Source: Hyaloraphidium curvatum SAG 235-1 (lineage: Eukaryota; Fungi; Monoblepharomycota). From it: 64,000 nt of DNA. Under the pieces are notes generated by a model. That model made no database searches. It had not been told where the DNA came from and saw only the letters and a list, made by a program, of their open reading frames with translations. Position 1 is the first letter of the stretch. The number at the start of each line of letters is the position of its first letter. Below, in pieces: positions 24,942-34,072 of the stretch. The translations under genes were made by a program, and so were the position numbers. Location: NCBI GenBank assembly GCA_025558095.1, contig JAIVFI010000001.1, positions 1,302,001 to 1,366,000 of the forward strand, in the 5' to 3' direction.

Positions 24942-25027
24942 AGGCCGCACACAGAGTCGAACTGTGGTTTGCAGAGATTTCCGTCGAAATCAGAATCTGC
25001 CGTGATAACCACCTACACTATGCAGCT
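24942..25027 (-). tRNA. tRNA-Gln(CTG) with a 13-nt intron after position 37
   Basis: Reverse complement AGCTGCA-TAGTGTAGGTGGTTATCAC-G-GCAGA-TTCTGA[TTTCGACGGAAAT]C-TCTGC-AAAC-CACAG-TTCGACT-CTGTG-TGCGGCC-T folds as a cloverleaf. A TTTT run lies just downstream. A1.C72 is mismatched. Confidence 0.85.
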
Positions 25028-25419
25028 CATGTTCTCCTAAGAAGGGGTAGTCAAAGAGGACCCTGCGGCTCTGCGGCGCCAAAGGAGGCCTAACGTTGCT
25101 CTCTGGACTTCGAGCAACCGCATCGCAAGGACACTACATCAATAGAGCAAGCCCAGGAGGTCGTATGCGCTACATCCTGCGCGTCTGAACCTACCCAGGC
25201 CCGTCCAGGTACACCATGTGGGGTGAGGACTGACGCTCAGCCCACTTCGGCCTGCGGCTATACGCTCGCCACCTTGTCTTTCTGCAGCGCCCCATCCTTC
25301 GCCTGCCGAGCCCAATCCTGCATCTGATGCTAAAGATCCGTCCAGGAAGCTGAGCTGCTCATAGGAGTGCTTGCCCGTTGAGTCGGTTCTCGCGCTCCAT
25401 CAACACGTAGCATTCGCGC
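24969..25419. repeat. Left arm of a 451-bp inverted repeat
   Basis: Reverse complement of 27248-27698 with about 2 mismatches seen by eye; includes the 5' two-thirds of the tRNA-Gln gene. Confidence 0.95.
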
Positions 25420-25724
25420 CTAGAATGAAATTGCACCCGCGCAAGAAGCTCTGTAGTTGCAATGATGAAGGCGCTAGGACCGCGGGCGGCCGTTGGACGG
25501 AGGGATTGCTTATTTGTACGGTTGATCTAGTGGAACGTAAGCATTTGCGTTTGAAAGGCAGGTCTTGAAGGCGCCACAGCGGAGTTGGGCCAGGGAAGCA
25601 AATCGGCAAAGCTGGAAACGGCTGAGCTCAGGTCATAGTTCCATCATTTCTTATTCCCCAGAAATAGATAGTGTAGGGATATCGACAGAGAGAGAGAGCA
25701 AGTCTCTGATCGAGTTTGCGGGCC

Positions 25725-27002
25725 CTAAGAAACCTGGGTGATCCTCAGCAAAGCCAGCCCGTGCGCATCCACTTTCGGAGGTCCCCTAAAGACCGTCCTG
25801 CCCGACCACCGTGCCTGCAGGTCCTTCTTCGCAAACACGTCCCGGATGCTGAACCTCCGGCCGTCGGCCACCTGCGCCTTGGTAAGGCCTAGGGAACCGG
25901 CGATCGCGGCAAAGTCCACGGCCATCCAGCGCGCGACGCCGTCACGGTTGAGGAGGGCGACGACGCACGAGGGTTTTGCGCCCGCAAGGGGGCCGGCCCA
26001 GACCTCGCGGCCGCCTGCGGCCGAGATCCGGGTAACGGTTTTGCCTCTAGCGTCCTGGTTGATCGCGATGACCTCCCCGTTGAGCAGGATGGCCTCATTG
26101 GCGGGGCTGATGGTCCGCAAGTCCGTGCCGATGATGAGCGGGGACTTGAGCGCGGCCCACATGCCAAAGTGCGCCCTGTTCTCTGCTGCATTCAGACCCG
26201 GATTGCCGACCTGCAGCATGTCCGCGTCGTTCCAACCCCTGGTCGGCCCCTGGTACGCCGAAAGGGGGGCCATGATGTCGATGATCCCCGTGACGGATTT
26301 GAACCAGCCGCAGTCCACCGAGAACGAGCGGCAGATGTCGTGGCTGACACGCCAGTAGTCCGCGATCTGCCACGCCCAGGTCCACTCCCGGTAATCGCCC
26401 CACGCACACATGGCGTAGACGATGGGTCGGTCCTTCGGGGCGTACTTTTTGAGGGCGTTGGCCATGGCCGTGAACCGCGGTCGCGGTGGGCGATCGTCGT
26501 TGTTGCAGTTATCGTACTTGAGCAGGTCGACCTTCCAGCGGGCAAAGGTCCTGGCGTCGATGTCCTCGTGATCCAGCGAGCCGGGCCGCTTTTCGCAGGT
26601 GCCCCAGCCGGCGGAAGAGTAGATGCCGAGCTTCATGCCCCGGGCGTGGACGTAGTCCGCGATGAAGGCGATGCCCCGCGGGAATCGCGTCGGGTGCGGG
26701 ACCAGCTCGCCTGTGGCCGGGTTCCTGGCGTCCGCCATCCAGCAGTCGTCGATGTTGAAGTAGTTGTATCCTGCCGCCACATAGCCCCGCGCGACCATCA
26801 GGTCCGCGTTGGCGAGCACCTTCCTCTCGTCGATGTCGCAGCCGAACGCGTTCCACGTGTTGAAGCCCATCGGCGGGCGCGGCGACAGGGGCTTGTTGGC
26901 CGTCAGGTTGGTCGCGCCCGCGCCGAGCTGCGCGTCCGCCTGCGGCGCCGCAACCAAAGCCAAAGCGGCCAGCGCCAGGGCCGAGAGCCCCGGCGTCTTC
27001 AT
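25725..27002 (-). CDS. Secreted GH27 alpha-galactosidase, intronless
   Basis: Signal peptide MKTPGLSALALAALALVAAPQADA; PPMGFNTWN, NIDDCW, DLLKYDNC, WRVSHDI, GWNDADMLQVGN, SPLIIGTD, IAINQD. Confidence 0.95.
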   Translation of the reverse strand: MKTPGLSALALAALALVAAPQADAQLGAGATNLTANKPLSPRPPMGFNTWNAFGCDIDERKVLANADLMVARGYVAAGYNYFNIDDCWMADARNPATGELVPHPTRFPRGIAFIADYVHARGMKLGIYSSAGWGTCEKRPGSLDHEDIDARTFARWKVDLLKYDNCNNDDRPPRPRFTAMANALKKYAPKDRPIVYAMCAWGDYREWTWAWQIADYWRVSHDICRSFSVDCGWFKSVTGIIDIMAPLSAYQGPTRGWNDADMLQVGNPGLNAAENRAHFGMWAALKSPLIIGTDLRTISPANEAILLNGEVIAINQDARGKTVTRISAAGGREVWAGPLAGAKPSCVVALLNRDGVARWMAVDFAAIAGSLGLTKAQVADGRRFSIRDVFAKKDLQARWSGRTVFRGPPKVDAHGLALLRITQVS

Positions 27003-27247
27003 CTCGATCGCACGAATGAAGAGATTGCGGGGAGAATGGGGGCGATGCGGTCAGAGCCGCACAGGGGCGTGAGGGCCGCGACGTGTGGCGCAGCGGCGGG
27101 GACTCGGGCTCCCTTTGGGGTTGTTTACGCGACGCCGATACGTAGCGGACAATTCGAAGAGTCGAATGGCAATGTCGGAGAAGTCGTTAGACAAGTTGAT
27201 GGCTAGAAGAATGACGCTGGCGCCGTGCCCTAGGAAGCACGTTCTCC

Positions 27248-27698
27248 GCGCGAAGGCTACGTGTTGATGGAGCGCGAGAACCGACTCAACGGGCAAGCAC
27301 TCCTATGAGCAGCTCAGCTTCCTGGACGGATCTTTAGCATCAGATGCAGGATTGGGCTCGGCAGGCGAAGGATGGGGCGCTGCAGAAAGACAAGGTGGCG
27401 AGCGTATAGCCGCAGGCCGAAGTGGGCTGAGCGTCAGTCCTCACCCCACATGGTGTACCTGGACGGGCCTGGGTAGGTTCAGACGCGCAGGATGTAGCGC
27501 ATACGACCTCCTGGGCTTGCTCTATTGATGTAGTGTCCTTGCGATGCGGTTGCTCGAAGTCCAGAGAGCAACGTTAGGCCTCCTTTGGCGCCGCAGAGCC
27601 GCAGGGTCCTCTTTGACTACCCCTTCTTAGGAAAACATGAGCTGCATAGTGTAGGTGGTTATCACGGCAGATTCTGATTTCGACGGAAATCTCTGCAA
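27248..27698. repeat. Right arm of the 451-bp inverted repeat
   Basis: Reverse complement of 24969-25419. Confidence 0.95.
27640..27698 (+). pseudogene. Truncated tRNA-Gln(CTG) copy lacking the T-arm and 3' acceptor strand
   Basis: agctgcatagtgtaggtggttatcacggcagattctgatttcgacggaaatctctgcaa is identical to the tRNA 5' part, then diverges. Confidence 0.85.
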
Positions 27699-28322
27699 GA
27701 ACGGGGATGTGGCTGCCGCTGCCGCCGGCTGGGTACCTTGGTGCACCCGGGCGGGCCGGGAATACAGCAGGTCGCACGTGGGTGATCGCCAGCCCTTTTG
27801 AAGGGAGAGGAATTTGACCCTCTTTCTCTTTTGGCCCGGATTGATAGCTGCCAGGGATTACAAGGTCTGAGGACGGACGCCGGCCCCGGCGATGTGATCA
27901 AGTTCGTCGGCTGGTCGTGGCACGGCTTTCGTCGAGAGACGGAGACATCCACCTTCTGTCGCAAGCTAGTTCTTCATTTACTATGCCAATTTAACTGTTG
28001 GATGTCGTTTAGACGCGAATAGACCGCGCGGACGGGAGAGATCCCTGACGTCAGCACTTCAGCACATCACTTGGCCAGGGTTTCACAACCCGCTCCGAAT
28101 CCATCAGCTGAAGGCCATGTAGATTGTGATTCGTCTGACGTCGTTGGCACGCATTAGGGAGAGGCGGATTTCTGGGTTGGATGGGCAAGTTCAATTTCCG
28201 TCTCGCCATTGATGGACTTCACCGCGCTTGCCCATTAGAACCTCCCCGCGAGACTCCCGGCGCTTCCCCGCGCCTTCCTGCGGCGCCTTCCTTTCCGCGA
28301 CGCTCATTTAGAACGCGCCGCG

Positions 28323-28664
28323 ATGGTCTCCGCGCCGCCCAGCAAGGAGAAGGACGCGAAGGACACGCCGAACGGCACGGCCGAGCCGGCGAAAAAGGAC
28401 GCCAAGAAGGACAGCGGCCGCGCGCGCCCGACGCTCGACTCGATCAAGGTGGCCAAACCGAAGAAGCCGACCGACGAGGGCATCGACGCCGTCGTCGACG
28501 ACGAGTTCGAGGACTTTCCGGCGGACGAGTGGGAGGCCGGCCCGGACGGCGAGGAGCAGCAGTGGGAGGATTCGTGGGCGGACGAGGTCGAGGAGGAGGA
28601 CTTTGCCGCCGTGCTCGCGAAGGAACACGCCAAGGCCGGGGGAGCTCAACCCATGAAGATCTGA
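28323..28664 (+). CDS. SEM1: 26S proteasome subunit Sem1/DSS1
   Basis: DDEFEDFPADEW...QWEDSWADE..EEDFAAVL signature. Confidence 0.85.
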   Translation: MVSAPPSKEKDAKDTPNGTAEPAKKDAKKDSGRARPTLDSIKVAKPKKPTDEGIDAVVDDEFEDFPADEWEAGPDGEEQQWEDSWADEVEEEDFAAVLAKEHAKAGGAQPMKI

Positions 28665-29488
28665 TGGGGGCGGAGGAGCGGACATGGGACGCGTTGGCCG
28701 CGCGACCGAGGGACACGGGGCATGCTGCCGCCTGCCGATGGCCAGCAAGCCGACTGGAAATGCCGGATCTCAATATACCTCGCTTCAGGGGCGGATCGCC
28801 CCGGTGCTGCTTGAACTCGTGGGCTTGTTGCGGTCGACTCGTTGCCCGCACCCCGACCTTGCCCACATATTGGCGCCTTACGCGACTTCATCTACACGAT
28901 TACCTTCCCTCCGAGCTGATCTGCTTCCCGTGTTGGAATTAGTAGGATGCCTCAGTGGTGGATGTGTAGATCGAGGTGCTGTTGCGAACCCAGATCGGTG
29001 CCGCAAGTCCGTCTATATTCACAGACACACTGCAATCGATTGCATTTGCAGTCGAACCGTTCGGATCCGATCTAGGCCCTTTGAGTCGGACCTTCGCAGC
29101 GGTGGCGGCCTGAGTCGGCCGAGCGGCCCGGCGCCCCACGCCAAAACCCCGAGTGGCGAAGAGGAGACAGACCGTGCCAAGTTCGCCGCGAGGTGCGTTT
29201 CTGCGACGATTCCGCGCGCTTCTTTGCCGTCGCGCCTGGATGGCCTCCCTGCGGAACGGCGCACGGCGGCGCTGACCCCCGGGCGTCGGACTCATTCGCC
29301 GAGTCGGGGTCCGCTCCGCGCACGCGACCTGCGTGGCGTACGGAGCTGCCGAAGTCGGCAGCAGCTGCCGCATCTGTTCATTCTTTCTTCGCTCTTCGAC
29401 GACGCAAAAGCTGCCGTCGCGCGGGCTGCCTTGCTCGCGATGGGAGACGACTGACACGTCTCCCACTTCAGAACCGGCCAGCACGACC

Positions 29489-31008
29489 ATGTCTGTTACC
29501 CTGCAGCCCGAGCCAGCTCCGGTCAAGAATGACGTACGTGTGCCTCGCCATCCGCGGTGGTGCCGGGCTAACCTTTGTCTGTCTCGTTCGGCATCGTTGT
29601 CACCCGCCAGCGCTACACTCAGCGCCCCAAGGGCTCCACCTGGGGCGACTTCGGCGCCGACGACCAGAAGGGACGCCTGAACCTGGTCACGGCCGACAAG
29701 GTCCGCGAGGGCTTCTCCGAGGTCAAGGACTTCAAGACCATCTGCCTCTCGCTCCCGCTCGACCTCCCCGGCGGCGAGCTCCTTTCGGTCGGCCGCGGCC
29801 CCCCGAAGCTCAAGCCCACGTACGCCGGCGAGCACCCGATGTTCTGCACCCCCATGACCGCGATCGGCTTCCCCGGCACCGACGTCGTGTGCGACGACGA
29901 GGTCACGATGGTGCTCCAGTACAGCAGCCAGTGGGACACCTTGGCGTGAGCATCGCACGGGTGAACCCCTTGTCGCCGCTACGGACGCTGATCAAGCTTC
30001 TGATCAGGCACGTGGGCGGCGTGTTCGACCCCAAGGGCGACGGCAAGCCCGTCATGTGCTTCTGTGGGCCTCGATCACGCTGGTCGTCCTGGAGCATCAC
30101 TAATCCCGCCTCCGACGACAGACAACGGCTACCAGGCCCAGGAGCACATCAAAGGCCCCGTCGTCTACTCTCCCGACGGCAAGGTCCTCGAGAAGCACGA
30201 GCACCACCCCGGCGCCCACGCCCTCGGCGTCCAGAACCTCGCCGAGCACCCCATCCAGGGCCGCGCGGTGATGATTGACCTAGCCAAGCACTTTGGCACG
30301 GGTAGGAACAAGATCGGGTACAAGCAGCTCAAAGAGGTGATCGAGAAGGACAAAATCGACGTCAAGAAGGGCGATTTTGGTGGGTGCCGATCGGCGACCT
30401 CTGCCTCCGATTGATCGCTGACTTGGCCGGCTCGCAAGTGCTCCTCCACACCGGCTACGGCCAAATGCTCATGGACGCCAAGGGCCAGCCGACCAAGGAG
30501 CTGCTCTTCGGCACGGGCGCCGTCCTCGACGGCCGCGGTGAGTAGCACGATCTAGCGGACCGAACCTTTTTCTGATTTGCGGCTCCCCGGCAAGACCCCG
30601 AGCTCCTGCAGTGGGTCACCGACTCTGGGGTCGTCGCCCTGATCTCGGACAACTACGGTAGGAAGCGGATTCCTGGCAGGCCCTGGTGCCGGACTGACGC
30701 TCTCGCCAGCCGTCGAGGCCTTCCCCGAGCCCAACCCGCCCGCGGACCCCAGCATTCCGCACGCTGCTCTCGGTTTGCACGAGCACTGCCTCTTCAAGCT
30801 CGGCTGCTACCTCGGGGAGCTCTGGTACCTCACCGAGCTCGCCGATTACCTCAAGTCCGTCGGCCGCACCGCTTTCCTGCTCACCGCCCCGCCGCTGAGG
30901 CTGCCCGGCGCCGTCGGCAGCCCCGCCAACGGTGGGCAGCGCCGCACTAGCTTTGCCGGATTGAATTCTGACGGATTGCGCCCGGTCGCAGGCATCGCCA
31001 CCGTCTGA
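29489..31008 (+). CDS. Cyclase-family (kynurenine formamidase-like) metal-dependent hydrolase; many introns
   Basis: STWGDFGADDQKGRLNL, QYSSQWDTLAH, QGRAVMIDL, ALISDNYAVE, HEHCLFKLGCYLGELWYL, LTAPPLRLPGAVGSP. Confidence 0.85.
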
Positions 31009-31546
31009 ACGTCTCGGCGTCGAGATTCCGCACTAGGGATAGGAAGCCGACGAACCCGGTTTCGGTCCTTAGCCGCTCTTGATGGACCGCGCATGCGATC
31101 GCACAATAGACCGGGCTTCATAGCATCTGAACTAAGAAATCAGTCCTTTCATGCACGGTGCGGTCCAGGATGACACGTGATGTCATCTGCAACCGAGCGG
31201 GACTCTGGCTTTCATTCGGCTCGTAGCCCTCGGATAGTCCTTTCGGTCCTTCAGAGAGCTTGCCGTCGCCGAGATATGTGTCCACTGGGAGCACTTCCGC
31301 GGCCCGCCGCCTTGTCCTTTCCGAATCACGTGCGATGACGCCACGTTGCCTTCTCAGACACCGATGGACCCGCTGATTTCCAGAATTCCTCGCAAGGACC
31401 CCCCCCCCACAAACAGCACCGTCAGGCATCCCCACACGGCTTCGCAGTGAGCTGTAGGCCGGGGAAGACCACCCGCGGCAGCGTGGCCGCGATTCACCAA
31501 CAGGGGGCGCCCCGCGCTGCACCCGTCGCGGACAACCAAAGCCGCG

Positions 31547-32542
31547 ATGCTGAGCGGCCTCTCCATTCCCGCCTACATCCCCAAGACGGCCAACATCGAG
31601 GAGTTCTGCGAGCTCGCGGGCCGGATGCACGCGTTGGTGCCCCAGGCGCGCGGGGAGGCCGGGGGCCGGGAGAAGGGCCCCGGGCAAGATAACGACGCCA
31701 CCGGGGCCGACCCGGCCAGCGGAACGCTGCCGCCGTCGACCGGCTCACAAGGAGCGCCGGTGGCCGAATATGGAACTTCCGGCCCGGGCGGGAAGGATGT
31801 AGCGGCCGGGGGGACCGTCGCGGACATCCCGGCGGGCGCCGTCGTGGCGTGCACTTGCGGCATACGCCTGCCAATCGAACGGCGGGGCGCGGCCCTTGTC
31901 CCGCTCTTTTTCTTCTATTCGGAAGCTGCTCAGCACTCGATTGACATTCCCAAAGGTGCCGCCCGTCCTCCCGCTGCCTGCGACCCAGTATCTGATTCCT
32001 CTCCTCCAGCCATGTGCTGCTTCAGGAAGCCGGAACCGTGTGTCATCCACCACGGCGCTCCCCTCCCGGCCCACGCCTTCCCACCCACCCTCCATGACGA
32101 CACGGATCTGCGTGCCCTGCCCACCATTTCGGACCTTCCCCGCGACATCTTCCACATGCACATCTTCCCCCTCCTCTTCGACTGCGAGCTCATCACCGTC
32201 GCCCAGGCTTCGCGTGCCTTCCGCCAGCTCGCAGAGCCAGAGATCCGCCGCCGTTGCGAGCGCCTCTCGCTCATCATCCCCACCGGCCCCTCCGAATCCG
32301 AGGCCGGGCACGCCGCGTTCAAGCGGAGCCTCACGAAGCACCACCGCCGGATGGAACGCCTCCGCGCGGTGCAGGAGAACCAATCGGGGCCGTACTGGAA
32401 CCTGGCGGTCGACACGGCGAGGGGTTTCCCCAGGATCTTGCCGTGGGTTGCGCGTTCGTGCGCAAGCGTACATCCCAGGCCGACAACGTGTTCTTGCCCT
32501 CGCAGATCTCTCGACAGCTCCGTCATGTGCTCGGTGATGTGA
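31547..32542 (+). CDS. F-box protein with C-terminal CaaX (paralog A)
   Basis: ISDLPRDIFHMHIFPLLFDCELITVAQASRAFRQLA F-box; ends CSVM*. Confidence 0.7.
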   Translation: MLSGLSIPAYIPKTANIEEFCELAGRMHALVPQARGEAGGREKGPGQDNDATGADPASGTLPPSTGSQGAPVAEYGTSGPGGKDVAAGGTVADIPAGAVVACTCGIRLPIERRGAALVPLFFFYSEAAQHSIDIPKGAARPPAACDPVSDSSPPAMCCFRKPEPCVIHHGAPLPAHAFPPTLHDDTDLRALPTISDLPRDIFHMHIFPLLFDCELITVAQASRAFRQLAEPEIRRRCERLSLIIPTGPSESEAGHAAFKRSLTKHHRRMERLRAVQENQSGPYWNLAVDTARGFPRILPWVARSCASVHPRPTTCSCPRRSLDSSVMCSVM

Positions 32543-32700
32543 CTGCTGTAGCCGTACGGGCAGCCTTCCTTCAAGGCCGCGCCGCATCCTGCTCATCTGC
32601 ACGACTAGTCGCGCTGAGAACCAATGACCAGCCGGGCCAGAAGCGCCAGATCTCATTCATCGAATAAGAATACACGCATTCTTTTCGAGCGGAATGCCCG

Positions 32701-33638
32701 TCAAGACGGGCAAGCACTCTGCACGGTGAGGAACACGCTCGTCCTCAGCGCGGACCACAGCCCGACCCCGACCGTGAACGCCGCCACCGCCACCGCGCGC
32801 ACGACGCCGAACGTCACCGGCACCCCGAAAAGGGCCAAGACTGCGGAGCGAACGCGATCATCGGGGAGATGTGGGCAGTCAACCAGAGCGCGACACCAAG
32901 GCCCAAGGCGACGAACAGCGTCGCAAAGGCTTCCGCGAGCTCGACGCGGGGCAGGAGCTGTCCCGCACAGCCGGGCGCCGGGCACGGACACAGCTTGTCC
33001 GTAGGATCGTGCCTCAGGAGGCGCGGGAGCTCCTTGCAGCCCTCGGTTGCCCCTTCCGCGTCGACGGCACCGTCGCTGCGCGGCGCTCCCACAAGCTCCA
33101 ACCACCTTGCCAGCCCCGCGTAGACGTCGTCGTCCAGAATTTTCGCGTCGCCAGCGAGCCTCTCTTCCGGCCCGTCGGCGCCCCCCGAGGCGCGCACACG
33201 CCACGAACCGAGGCCGTAGCTGCGCTCCATGAGGGCGGCCGCTGCCACCGACGCAAGCACCGCCAGCGTGACCCCGAAGTTGGACACGACATATGCCACG
33301 GTCCCCGTGATCAACTGCCGCGTCCCGAAGCGCCCGTCGTTGAACACCCAGGTTCCCGCGAACATGGCGCACGACGCCGAGGCGTAGAAGTTCTGGCGGA
33401 AGGGGCCGAGGTCGGAAAACGGGCGCAGGGCGAAGCTGACGCGCGCCTTGAGGCGCAGGACGGGTAGCGGAGCGAGCAGACGGAATAGTTTGGCGCGGGT
33501 CAGCGGGGAGGCATCGCGCGCCGCGGCCGCCGGGTCGGGTGCCGGCGGGGACGCTGCGGGGAGGCTGGAGTCCCCCGCCGGGCTCGGCGACGCCGGGAGC
33601 ACGACAAGCCACTCATCGGGCGTCAGAAGCGGCTCCAT
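32701..33638 (-). CDS. Hypothetical membrane protein with a CPCPAPGC motif; possible frameshift near the 3' end
   Basis: MEPLLTPDEW.. with hydrophobic segments. The main frame stops at 32814, but a hydrophobic continuation runs to 32701 in another frame. Confidence 0.5.
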
Positions 33639-34072
33639 GGTCCCCTGGCACGGCTGGAGACGCGTCGGTGGCAGCTTCCAAATCGAATGTCGATCCGTCG
33701 ATCGAGGTGGCGGTGAGCCGATCGAGCCCGGGGATAACCGCCTCTGAACCCCGCGAACTCTTGGATTGCATCGGTCCATGCTGCTTGATGTCATCCAGGG
33801 CGGGGCAGGATGATCCGATTCCCGGCGGCCCCGTGACGAGGCTGCGTGCCAGTCTGCCGACGTGCAGGCGGTCTGCACACAATCGCGCCAGTGGCCCGTG
33901 CTGAAGGCAGCCGGTATCATTTCAGGAGGTCGCCTTTTGCGAATCGCACGTGAGAATCCCCCCTGCTTGCATTCAGTCGGTCGGGGGACAACCCGCGGCA
34001 CGCCGTGACGAATGGGGCCGATCGAGGACCCCGAACAAGGGACCACACTCCCCGAACTACCGCGGCCGCACG

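Noticed and set aside
25686-25698. Short (AG)n run after the GH27 gene
   Set aside because: Ordinary microsatellite-length repeat.
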